DNA from: an uncultured Elusimicrobia bacterium
GTDB taxonomy: Bacteria > Elusimicrobiota > Elusimicrobia > F11
DNA length: 64,000 bases
Direction: 5' to 3'
Assembly (NCBI GenBank): GCA_964405835.1
Contig: CAYOPN010000003.1
Coordinates: 29,273 to 93,272 of the forward strand
Made by a program: the position numbers and the translations under genes. Shown piece after piece: positions 53,569 through 61,877 of the stretch. Under the pieces are notes generated by a model. The model was not told the origin of the DNA, did no database searches, and saw only the letters and a list, made by a program, of their open reading frames with translations. How positions within the stretch are numbered: position 1 is the first letter of the stretch; each line of letters opens with the position of its first letter.

Positions 53569-54726
53569 TTATATCTCCATGAGCAGCCTTTGCATGTCTC
53601 TATCGGAAACGAAGCGCCGGGTGTCGGCGAATATTTTGAATTTCCGGAAGAACGTCTCAAAATTCTCTTGTGACATTCTATAACCGAGTTGGCGGATTTT
53701 AGTTTCCAGGGCCCTTCGTCCGCTACGGTTGGTGAGCGGCAAGGAAGTTCCCGGCGCGCCCACGTCTTCGGCACGCATGATCTCATAGGTGGAGCGATTT
53801 TTCAGCATGCCGTCTTGATGGATGCCCGATCCGTGCGAGAACGCGTTTCCGCCAACGACCGCCTTGTTGGCCGGCACGGCCATGTTCATGGCGCGCGCCA
53901 CCATTTGACTGGTCGCATAGAGTTCCGGCGTGTTCACGGTGGTGCGCCGACCGAAGAAGTCCGCGCGGGTCTTGAGCGCCATAACGACCTCCTCCAGAGA
54001 ACAGTTGCCGGCCCTCTCTCCCACGCCGTTTACGGTGCAATCGATTTGTTCCACTCCCGCCCGCACCGCAGCCAACGAATTGGCGACCGCCATGCCCAGA
54101 TCGTCATGGCAATGGACGGACAACCGCGCGTGACAGATATTCCGAACATTGGTTTGCAGATAACGGATGAGCCCCACGAATTCATCGGGCGTCGCGTAAC
54201 CGACCGTATCGGCCACGTTGATCGTGGTTGCGCCCGCGTCGATGACCGCCTCGACCATTTGCGCCAAGTAGGCGCGGTCCGCGCGTGAGGCGTCTTCCGG
54301 CGTGAATTGAACGTCGGCGACAAACGATTTGGCGAACGCCACGCCTTTCACGGCCTGTTCCAACGCTTCGTCACGCGATTTGCGGAGTTTGTGTTCCAGG
54401 TGGATGTCAGAAGAAGCAATGAATACGTGGATCCGCCGGCGGTGCGCGGGTTCGATCGCCTGCCAACAGGCCTCGATGTCTTTGTCCACACAGCGCCCAA
54501 ACGCGGTGATGACCGGCGCGTTCTCAGCGCGCCCCACCGTTTCGGCGATTTTGCGGACCGCGCCCAACTCGGCCGGCGATGAGACCGGGAACCCGGCCTC
54601 GATGGCGTCGACTCCCAGTTTGTGCAATTGCTTCGCGATCGCGAGCTTCTGCTCCGGCCTCAAATGACAACCCGGCGCCTGCTCCCCATCTCTTAACGTT
54701 GTGTCCGATACGAATACCTTCTCCAT
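53569..54726 (-). CDS. 2-isopropylmalate/homocitrate/citramalate synthase family enzyme (HMGL-like, short form without LeuA regulatory domain)
   Basis: TTLRDGEQAPG...; HCHDDLGMAVANSLAAVRAGV...; DCTVNGVGERAGN. Confidence 0.8.
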   Translation of the reverse strand: MEKVFVSDTTLRDGEQAPGCHLRPEQKLAIAKQLHKLGVDAIEAGFPVSSPAELGAVRKIAETVGRAENAPVITAFGRCVDKDIEACWQAIEPAHRRRIHVFIASSDIHLEHKLRKSRDEALEQAVKGVAFAKSFVADVQFTPEDASRADRAYLAQMVEAVIDAGATTINVADTVGYATPDEFVGLIRYLQTNVRNICHARLSVHCHDDLGMAVANSLAAVRAGVEQIDCTVNGVGERAGNCSLEEVVMALKTRADFFGRRTTVNTPELYATSQMVARAMNMAVPANKAVVGGNAFSHGSGIHQDGMLKNRSTYEIMRAEDVGAPGTSLPLTNRSGRRALETKIRQLGYRMSQENFETFFRKFKIFADTRRFVSDRDMQRLLMEI

Positions 54727-54761
54727 GATCTTTTCCTTACCATCGCCACGGAGGGGTCCCT

Positions 54762-54797
54762 AAAAATAAAAAAACCCATCCGCGTAGCGAATGGGTT
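54762..54797 (-). terminator. Intrinsic terminator in the leader of the leuA-family gene (attenuator candidate)
   Basis: Minus strand: AAACCCAUUCGC-UAC-GCGGAUGGGUUU then UUUUUAUUUUUAG, ~36 nt before the ATG. Confidence 0.5.
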
Positions 54798-54830
54798 TGT
54801 TTGATTGTTCAGCTTTGTTTTATCTGTGCT

Positions 54831-54920
54831 TTACGCAGCCACAACGAACCCATTTCCACGGCCAATAAGGGCGAGGATCGGTAGAAGGTTCGTATTAATA
54901 AGGTGGTTTACGTTAAACAT
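54831..54920 (-). CDS. Candidate 29-aa leader peptide rich in Leu/Ile/Val codons (MFNVNHLINTNLLPILALIGRGNGFVVAA)
   Basis: ATG at 54920 (weak AGGT upstream). 5 Leu (CTT x3, CTA, CTC) + 3 Ile + 3 Val. GGAAATGGGTTCG in its 3' end can pair with the terminator's 5' arm AAACCCATTCGC (antiterminator). Confidence 0.35.
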   Translation of the reverse strand: MFNVNHLINTNLLPILALIGRGNGFVVAA

Positions 54921-55055
54921 CGACGGAAACCTAGCAAAATGCGAGGAAGAGAAGCAAACCCTCTTTTTTTTCCTCCTTTAGATGTAACCTCCGGCCCGCA
55001 CCCGGCGTATTGGGAGCTGAGAGGTGTGATTTAAATCAACAAAAAGGGGCTATTA

Positions 55056-55430
55056 ATGAAAAAGCTGAATAAGTTAATGACCGCGGCCATCGCGGGCATT
55101 ATGAGCGCGTCGTTTGCGGGATCCACGCTGCAGGCCGAAGAGGCCAAAGCGAAGGACGCAAAACCGGCGGCCGAAAAACACGCCTGCAAAGGCGAACATG
55201 GTTGTAAAGGCGACCACGCCTGCAAAGGCAAAGGCGCTTGTAAAGGCGAGCACGGATGCAAAGGCAAAGACGGCTGCAAGGGCCATAAGAAAGACCACAA
55301 GTGCGAAGACATGTGCTCGAAAGAGTGCTGTGTTAAGGCCCGCGGCGCTGAGAAGAAAGGCAGCGATGCTTGCAACGGCCCAAACGGCTGCGGCGGGAAA
55401 AATAGCTGTGGTGGAAAAGAAAAGAAATAA
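55056..55430 (+). CDS. Secreted Cys/His/Lys-rich small protein with (H/G)(A/G)CKG repeats: putative RiPP precursor for the downstream MNIO enzyme (bufferin-like)
   Basis: Sec signal MKKLNKLMTAAIAGIMSASFAGSTLQA; core HACKGEHGCKGDHACKGKGACKGEHGCKGKDGCKGHKKDHKCEDMCSKECC...ACNGPNGCGGKNSCGG (13 Cys). Confidence 0.6.
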   Translation: MKKLNKLMTAAIAGIMSASFAGSTLQAEEAKAKDAKPAAEKHACKGEHGCKGDHACKGKGACKGEHGCKGKDGCKGHKKDHKCEDMCSKECCVKARGAEKKGSDACNGPNGCGGKNSCGGKEKK

Positions 55431-56292
55431 AAAAGATTCTTCACTGGGGGTCGGTTTAGGCCTCCGGACGGTGCATTACAAGCACATCCTAAAGCACCGT
55501 CCGGGGGTCCCCTGGTTTGAGATCATTTCCGAGAACTACATGGGCAACACCGCCGGTTCCGGCGGGCGCTCCGTGCAGGTTCTCGATGAAATCCGTAAAG
55601 ATTATCCCGTTGTCATGCACGGGGTTTCCCTCTCCATTGGGTCGAAAGACCCCCTCGATTTTGATTATTTGAAACGCCTGAAGCGCTTGGCCAGCCGGAT
55701 CGAGCCAATGTGGATGTCCGATCATTTGTGCTGGACCGGCGTGAACGGCCACAATTTGCACGATCTTTTGCCGCTCCCCTACACGAAAGAAACCATCGAC
55801 CATCTGGTCTCCCGCATCTCGCAAATCCAAGATTTTCTCGGCCGGCAAATCCTTATGGAAAATGTTTCCAGCTACGTTTCGTATGAACATTCGGAGATGA
55901 CCGAATGGCAATGCCTGACCGAAGTCGCCCAAAAGGCCGACTGCTTGGTGCTGTTGGACGTGAACAACATCCATGTGAGCGCCGTGAACCATAAATTTGA
56001 CGCCGTGGAATTTATAAACGGCATCCCGAAAGACCGCGTGGGTCAATTCCATCTGGCCGGTTACTCCGACATGGGCACGCACTTGATCGACACCCACGAC
56101 CATCCGGTGTCCGATCCCGTTTGGAAACTTTACGCGAAGGCCGTGGAGCGCTTCGGCGCCGTGCCGACATTGATCGAATGGGACGACAACATTCCCCCCT
56201 TCAAACGGCTCTGGCAGGAAGCACAACACGCTGAGAAAATCCAAAAGAAACACCTCTCCCATGCCGACAACCAACGCACCGTCCTTATCTGA
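55366..56292 (+). CDS. MNIO family enzyme (DUF692, MbnB/BufB-like TIM-barrel); start codon uncertain
   Basis: LGVGLGLRTVHYKHIL...VPWFEIISENYM...MHGVSLSIGS...LIEWDD pattern typical of DUF692. Only in-frame ATG is 55366 (overlaps precursor by 65 nt); otherwise non-ATG start near 55444 (CTG) or 55471 (GTG). Confidence 0.7.
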   Translation: MLATAQTAAAGKIAVVEKKRNKKDSSLGVGLGLRTVHYKHILKHRPGVPWFEIISENYMGNTAGSGGRSVQVLDEIRKDYPVVMHGVSLSIGSKDPLDFDYLKRLKRLASRIEPMWMSDHLCWTGVNGHNLHDLLPLPYTKETIDHLVSRISQIQDFLGRQILMENVSSYVSYEHSEMTEWQCLTEVAQKADCLVLLDVNNIHVSAVNHKFDAVEFINGIPKDRVGQFHLAGYSDMGTHLIDTHDHPVSDPVWKLYAKAVERFGAVPTLIEWDDNIPPFKRLWQEAQHAEKIQKKHLSHADNQRTVLI

Positions 56293-57106
56293 TCTCCAAG
56301 CCTGGATGAAGTGGGTGATCATGCACCCGCAAGGGGCCTCCTTTGCCCTGAAAAAACCGCACGCGCTCACGCGCCTGTGCGTGCCCGTGATCGGGCAAAC
56401 CGCCGAGGTGCCGCGTGAGGAACGCCTTTCCATATATGGGACCGCGTATTTTCTGCGGATACTAGGCGCGCTCGCGTCAAATTTTAGCGCTGTCAAAAAC
56501 ACAGCCGGCGAAAAGGCGTTCAACCAAGCAGCTCGCGCATATCTCGTGAAATTTCCTTCTAAATACAAAAGCATCGACGATATCGGCGCGGAACTGCCCT
56601 CTTTTTTGAGACGGCGCCCGCTTTCCAAGAAATATCCTTTTCTTTCCGACCTCGCCGCGCTGGATTGGGCTGCGCACCGCGCTTTTTTTGCGGATGACGA
56701 ACCAGCCATGGACCGCAAAAGGTTGGCGGGCCTTTCCGGACGGACCTGGGCCAACGCCGTTTTTCATTTGGACCCCTCCACGCGATTGCTGGACCTCTCT
56801 TGGCCGGTGGCGGACCTATGGAAGGACGACGGGCTATGGCCTGCACGACGGCTCCGTTCATTAAAACCGGAACGCCAATGCGCGCTTGTTTTCCGGCGGT
56901 CCGACAAAAAGGTGCGGGTCCGTATACTGGAGCCAGCGCAATATGACGTGCTGGACCAGCTCGACCGCGGCCATACTTTCCAAAAAGCGCTGCTCTTTAT
57001 TTCCAAGAAACATTTCTCAAAGGAAGCCACGCCCCCAATCGGCGCGTGGTTCGAGCAATGGACGGCCGACGGCCTCTTTTCTCGGATCGACATTCCCTCA
57101 AGATGA
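56261..57106 (+). CDS. DUF2063-family protein (MbnC/BufC-like partner of MNIO enzymes)
   Basis: ERLSIYGTAYFLRILGALA and LSDLAALDWAAHRAFFADD resemble conserved DUF2063 blocks; 32-nt overlap with the DUF692 gene. Confidence 0.7.
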   Translation: MPTTNAPSLSDLQAWMKWVIMHPQGASFALKKPHALTRLCVPVIGQTAEVPREERLSIYGTAYFLRILGALASNFSAVKNTAGEKAFNQAARAYLVKFPSKYKSIDDIGAELPSFLRRRPLSKKYPFLSDLAALDWAAHRAFFADDEPAMDRKRLAGLSGRTWANAVFHLDPSTRLLDLSWPVADLWKDDGLWPARRLRSLKPERQCALVFRRSDKKVRVRILEPAQYDVLDQLDRGHTFQKALLFISKKHFSKEATPPIGAWFEQWTADGLFSRIDIPSR

Positions 57107-58008
57107 AATACCTCATTCTCATTTCCTTGCTTATTGGCGGCATAGTTCTGTCCGGTTGCGTCACCTCGATTGGCCTCAAAGTCCTCTACCGCGAAGCGCC
57201 GCTGGCCCCTTCGCAAATAACCAAAAACATTTGTTACGAATCCGACGGCGAATGCAAAAATTCCCGCCACCATTTGGATTTGTACGCGCCGGACGGCAAA
57301 GATTGGCCGGTCATGATCTTTGTTCACGGCGGAGGGTGGAACAGCGGCGATAAAGATTTAAAAGTAAAAAAAGCCGACGTGTACGCAAATATCGGCCGGT
57401 ATTACGCGGCGCGGGGAATCGGCGTGGCCGTGATCAATTACGGACTTCAACCCGGTGTGACATGGGACCGGCAGGTGGCGGATGTGGAATCGGCCGTCGC
57501 CTGGGTTCGGGCCAATATTCAAGACCGCGGCGGAAACCCCGATCAGGTCTTTCTGATGGGCCATTCAGCGGGCGCGTACCTGGCTTCTTACGCGGCACTG
57601 CGGTTGAGCCAGAATGAAAAAACGCCCTATCTTCGCGGCGTGATTGCGGTTAGCGGGGCGGCACTCGATATGGTCGACCAGAAAACGTACGAAATGGGCG
57701 AACGCGTGGAATACTACCAGCAGCGTTTCCAGGGGTCTGACACGACCGAAAACTGGAAAAAAGACGCTTCTCCGTCCTATCAAGCCACCAAAAACGCTCC
57801 GCCTTTTCTAATCATTTATGGGGGCAAGGAAAAAGTGACTTTACAGCGTCAATCGCTGCTTTTAAACAACGCAATTAGCGAAAAAGGGGTGCCTTGCCGG
57901 GTCATAAAAGAGCCCGGGCAATATCATTCTTGGATGGTATTGGCTTTAACGCGTGAGGACCGGATGTCCGCCCCGGCCGTGGTGGAATTTATTCGCGGAT
58001 CAATTTAG
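57103..58008 (+). CDS. Lipoprotein alpha/beta-hydrolase (esterase/lipase, HGGG + GHSAG), translationally coupled to DUF2063
   Basis: Lipobox LSGC; VMIFVHGGGW; LMGHSAGAY nucleophile elbow; ATGA overlap with the upstream gene. Confidence 0.7.
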   Translation: MKYLILISLLIGGIVLSGCVTSIGLKVLYREAPLAPSQITKNICYESDGECKNSRHHLDLYAPDGKDWPVMIFVHGGGWNSGDKDLKVKKADVYANIGRYYAARGIGVAVINYGLQPGVTWDRQVADVESAVAWVRANIQDRGGNPDQVFLMGHSAGAYLASYAALRLSQNEKTPYLRGVIAVSGAALDMVDQKTYEMGERVEYYQQRFQGSDTTENWKKDASPSYQATKNAPPFLIIYGGKEKVTLQRQSLLLNNAISEKGVPCRVIKEPGQYHSWMVLALTREDRMSAPAVVEFIRGSI

Positions 58009-58323
58009 GAAGGAACAGAGATATTCGGCGAGACCGGATTCGACTTTGATGTCGAACGAAGACTTTCCCGGCACATGAAACGTCTGCCCGCCGTTGTACG
58101 TCTTCCAATCTTTTTCGCCCGCCAACAACACGCGGCACGTTCCGGAAACAACATCCATTTGCTCGGGAGCATCGGTGTTGAAGTGGTAACTGCCGGGACG
58201 GATGATGCCGATGGTCTTCTTCGTTCCGTCCGGAAAAATCACGCTGTGGCTGACCACGCCGCCGTCGAAATAGACGTTGGCCTTTAAAGTTACGCTGACC
58301 TGGTCAAGTTTTGATGGGACCAC
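58000..58323 (-). CDS. ppnP: Pyrimidine/purine nucleoside phosphorylase (DUF1255/YaiE)
   Basis: ANVYFDGGVVSHSVIFPDGTKKTIGIIRPGSYHFNTDAPEQMDVVSGTCRVLLAGEKDWKTY aligns with E. coli PpnP. Confidence 0.8.
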   Translation of the reverse strand: MVPSKLDQVSVTLKANVYFDGGVVSHSVIFPDGTKKTIGIIRPGSYHFNTDAPEQMDVVSGTCRVLLAGEKDWKTYNGGQTFHVPGKSSFDIKVESGLAEYLCSFLN

Positions 58324-59361
58324 TCAGAACTCCTCGCTGAATACCACGTCGCCCGTCACGCCCACCTGGTAGGCCGACACGCGCCGCTCAAAGAAGTTGG
58401 ACAGTTCCTGCACGTCCTGCAGTTCCATGAACGTAAATGGGTTCTTGGCTTCATAAATGGGATGAAGTCCGAGCGCGGAGAGCCGCCGGTCGGCCACGTA
58501 TTCAAGATATTGCCGCATGTCCTTGGCGGACATTCCGGCCACGCCCATCGACAACACGTCCTCGCCGAACGCCATCTCACAATCGACCGCTTCTTTCATC
58601 ATGGTGACGATCTGATCTTGAAGCTCAAAATCAAACAAACCCGGGTCTTCACGGCGCACCGTGTTGATCACTTCAAACGCAAAGTTGATGTGGCAGCTTT
58701 CATCGCGGAACACCCAGTTCGTTCCGGCCGCGAGCCCGTTCAACAAGCCTTTTGACCGCAAGAAATACACGTACGCAAACGCCGCAAAGAAGAACAGCCC
58801 TTCGATGCAACAGGCGAAGCAAATCAGGTTGAGAAGAAACTGTTTCTTATCGGCGGTCGTCCGGATTTCGGTGAGTTCTTGGATCGAAGCGATCCATTTG
58901 AAACAAAATTCGGCTTTTTTCTTGATGGCCGGGATGTTTTCGATGGCCTGAAAGGCCTTCTCGCGTTCGGCCGTGTCGGGAATGTAGGTGTCGAGCAATG
59001 TCAGGTAGAACTGCACGTGCAGCGCTTCCTCGTAAAGCTGGCGCGACAAATACATGCGCGCTTCCGGTGAATTGATGTGCGTATAGAGATTCAACACCAA
59101 GTTATTGGAGACAATCGAGTCGCCGGTCGCGAAGAACGCGACCAGACGGTGGATCAAATGCCGTTCCGCCTCGGTCAAACGCTGGGACAAGTCCGTTATG
59201 TCGGACGAAAAATCGACTTCGTCGACCGTCCAGGTGTTCTTGATGGCGGACTTGTACATCTCAAAGAAGACCGGGTACTTCATCGGCCTTAGATTGAGAT
59301 CAAAACCTCGGTCGAGAATCATTGGCAGGACTCGCAGCTCTCGGGATTTTCCAATGAGCAA
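58324..59361 (-). CDS. nrdB: Ribonucleoside-diphosphate reductase class I beta subunit
   Basis: Diiron/tyrosyl radical blocks (EEALHVQFY..., ...FFAAFAYVYFL..., ...RDESCHINFA...). Alternative start at 59322 makes an ATGA overlap with nrdA. Confidence 0.85.
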   Translation of the reverse strand: MLIGKSRELRVLPMILDRGFDLNLRPMKYPVFFEMYKSAIKNTWTVDEVDFSSDITDLSQRLTEAERHLIHRLVAFFATGDSIVSNNLVLNLYTHINSPEARMYLSRQLYEEALHVQFYLTLLDTYIPDTAEREKAFQAIENIPAIKKKAEFCFKWIASIQELTEIRTTADKKQFLLNLICFACCIEGLFFFAAFAYVYFLRSKGLLNGLAAGTNWVFRDESCHINFAFEVINTVRREDPGLFDFELQDQIVTMMKEAVDCEMAFGEDVLSMGVAGMSAKDMRQYLEYVADRRLSALGLHPIYEAKNPFTFMELQDVQELSNFFERRVSAYQVGVTGDVVFSEEF

Positions 59362-61718
59362 GCGATCTGCGCTTCCATGGTGGGTTTCGGCGCGACCGCC
59401 GCTTCAACGGTGGTGGTCGTCTTGTTGATCTTCGTCGCGGGACGCGAACGCAAATAATAGGTGGTTTTGAGTCCTTTCTTCCACGCATACATATACATCG
59501 ACGACATTTTGCCGATGGTCGGGCTCTCGATAAAAAGATTAAGCGACTGGCTTTGATCGATGTAAGCGCCGCGATCGGCCGCCATGTCAATCAACGAACG
59601 CATCGGCACTTCCCACACGGTGCGGTACACGGCGCGGATGTTTTCGGGGATCTCTTCGATTTCCTGGATCGATCCTTCGGCCATCTTGATGCGATTGCGC
59701 ACGCTTTCGTTCCAGAGCCCCAACTTCTTAAGTTCCAATACCAGATACTTGTTCACCTGCATGAATTCACCCGACATGGTCTCGCGCTTGAACACGTTCG
59801 ACACTTGCGGTTCGATCGATTCATAGGAACCGACAATGGAGGCGATGGTGGCCGTGGGCGCAATCGCGATCAGAAGCGAGTTGCGCATTCCGGTTTCGCG
59901 CATGCGCACGCGCAATTCCTGCCAGCGCGCCATGTTGTCTGGTGACACGTTCCACATCTCAAACTGAAAAACGCCCTGGGACGCGCGGGTCTGCTCGAAA
60001 GCGGCGTGCGGACCGTTCTGGGCCGCGATATCGCAGGAGGCCGACAGCGCATGGAAATAAATCTCTTCCTGGATCTTCTGGGAGAGGAGCCGGGCTTCGC
60101 GCGCGTCGAACGGCAGGCGCAATTTGAAAAACAGGTCCTGAAGCCCCATGATGCCGAGCCCCACCGGGCGCCAACGCTTATTGGATTCTGCGGCCTGGGT
60201 GGTCGGATAGAAATTCTCATCAATCACGTGGTCCAAGTATTTGACCGCGGTGCGCACATTTTTGCCGAGTTTCTCGAAATCGAACAGTCCATCGTCGCCC
60301 ACGTACATCGCCAAGTTGATCGAACCCAAGTTGCAGACGGCGGTCTCGCTGGAGGAGGTCACTTCCACGATTTCCGTGCAAAGGTTAGACGAGTGGACCA
60401 CGTTGCCGGGTTGCAGCGTCTGGTTGGACTTTTGATTGCAGGCGTCTTTAAAGTTCATCCAGCCGTTGCCGGTCTCGGCCAAGGTCTTCATCATGCGCGC
60501 ATAGAGATCACGCGCTTTCACCTGCCGGGAGTAGCTCTTCTTGAATTCTGCTTCCACGTAGGCCTTTTCAAAGGCCGCGCCGTAGAGATCGGTCAGCTGC
60601 GGCATTACTTTCGGGTCAAACAGCGACCACATACCGTCTTCCTCGACGCGTTTCATGAACAGGTCGGGGATCCAGTTGGCCAGGTTCAAATTGTAAGTGC
60701 GGCGCGCTTCTTCGCCGGTGTTGTCTTTAAGTTCGAGGAACTCTTCGATGTCGGCGTGCCAGATCTCCAGATACACGCAGCAGGCGCCTTTGCGCTTCCC
60801 GCCCTGGTTAACGGCCGCGACCGAGGAATCAAGCGTCTTGAGCCACGGCACGATGCCGTTGGAAAGGCCGTTCGTGCCTTGGATCAGCGAACCACGCGAG
60901 CGGATCCGGTGATAGGCAATCCCGATGCCGCCCGAGTACTTGGAAAGCTGGGCCACGCTCAAATAGCTCTTATAAATGGACTGGATGTCGTCTTTCGGAG
61001 AGTCCAACAGGTAGCAAGAAGACATTTGGGACCGGCGGGTGCCGGAATTGAACAACGTCGGCGTGCTCGGCATGTATTCAAACGATGAAATCAGATTGTA
61101 GAGCTCAATCGCTTCCCCAACATTCTTGGAAAGGCCGCAAGCGACCCGCATGAAGAAATATTGCGGTGATTCAATCACGTTCCGCGTGATCGGGTGCTTC
61201 AAAAGATAGCGGTCGTAGACCGTCCGGAGACCAAAATACTCAAACAGTTCGTCGCGCGAGGTGTCGATGCAGTCGTTGAGCTTGCGCATGTTCTCTTTGA
61301 CAAACAAATACGTCTTCTCAGCCACCAGGTTCTCTTCAAAACCCATGCCGATGGCTTGTGAAAAGGAATGAATGTCTTGGTTTTGGACTTCTTTTTCGAT
61401 GGTGGTGGCCAACAGGCGGGCGGCGAGCTTGGAATATTCCGGCTCTTCCATTATTAACTGGGCGGCGGTCTGGATGGAAAGGTTATCGAGCTCTTTGGTG
61501 GTGGCGCCGTCGTAGATGCCGCCAATGGTCTTGGTGGCGACCTTCATGGGGTCCACGTTGGAGAGCCCGGAGCAGTTGCGAAGCACGGCGCGGACGATTT
61601 TGTCCACATTAACGGCCTCAAACGTGCCGTTCCGTTTGCGGATGTGCATCGATTGTTCAGGGCGGATGGTGGTAGGCACCGATGGGATTAGGGTCCCGGA
61701 ACTCTCAGTCGATATCAT
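59319..61718 (-). CDS. nrdA: Ribonucleoside-diphosphate reductase class I alpha subunit with N-terminal ATP-cone
   Basis: ATP-cone HIRKRNGTFEAVNVDKI; catalytic blocks incl. C-terminal CxxC (CESCQ). Start at internal Met 61718 (GGAG upstream), not track start 61787. Confidence 0.9.
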   Translation of the reverse strand: MISTESSGTLIPSVPTTIRPEQSMHIRKRNGTFEAVNVDKIVRAVLRNCSGLSNVDPMKVATKTIGGIYDGATTKELDNLSIQTAAQLIMEEPEYSKLAARLLATTIEKEVQNQDIHSFSQAIGMGFEENLVAEKTYLFVKENMRKLNDCIDTSRDELFEYFGLRTVYDRYLLKHPITRNVIESPQYFFMRVACGLSKNVGEAIELYNLISSFEYMPSTPTLFNSGTRRSQMSSCYLLDSPKDDIQSIYKSYLSVAQLSKYSGGIGIAYHRIRSRGSLIQGTNGLSNGIVPWLKTLDSSVAAVNQGGKRKGACCVYLEIWHADIEEFLELKDNTGEEARRTYNLNLANWIPDLFMKRVEEDGMWSLFDPKVMPQLTDLYGAAFEKAYVEAEFKKSYSRQVKARDLYARMMKTLAETGNGWMNFKDACNQKSNQTLQPGNVVHSSNLCTEIVEVTSSSETAVCNLGSINLAMYVGDDGLFDFEKLGKNVRTAVKYLDHVIDENFYPTTQAAESNKRWRPVGLGIMGLQDLFFKLRLPFDAREARLLSQKIQEEIYFHALSASCDIAAQNGPHAAFEQTRASQGVFQFEMWNVSPDNMARWQELRVRMRETGMRNSLLIAIAPTATIASIVGSYESIEPQVSNVFKRETMSGEFMQVNKYLVLELKKLGLWNESVRNRIKMAEGSIQEIEEIPENIRAVYRTVWEVPMRSLIDMAADRGAYIDQSQSLNLFIESPTIGKMSSMYMYAWKKGLKTTYYLRSRPATKINKTTTTVEAAVAPKPTMEAQIACSLENPESCESCQ

Positions 61719-61764
61719 GGTGGGGTCTCCAAAAAAATTGATTTTTAAACGGACACGGATCACA

Positions 61765-61787
61765 CATCTTTGATTTTCATGTGTCAA
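61765..61787. promoter_or_regulatory. Palindrome ACACAT-N11-ATGTGT ~45-70 bp upstream of nrdA (candidate operator)
   Basis: gatcACACATctttgattttcATGTGTcaa in the nrdA/AOX divergent intergenic region; does not fit the 16-bp NrdR box spacing exactly. Confidence 0.3.
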
Positions 61788-61877
61788 ATCGAAAACCCTT
61801 TCTCGACGGTAAACAGAGTTTTTCTATTGCCCAACGGAACCGCTCGAAGTAACCTGTGTTCCCAACCAAGGAAACAC

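Noticed and set aside
55114-55365. 5' part of the 392-aa track ORF (MRDPRCRPKRPKRRTQNRRPKNT...)
   Set aside because: This is the +1 frame of the Cys-rich precursor gene. DUF692 homology begins only near 55444; the only in-frame ATG is 55366.
60006-61088. 360-aa + ORF
   Set aside because: Antisense to nrdA (class I RNR alpha with ATP-cone and catalytic blocks).
61765-61787. NrdR box assignment
   Set aside because: ACACAT-N11-ATGTGT does not fit the 16-bp NrdR consensus spacing and no tandem second box was found; kept only as a generic candidate operator.
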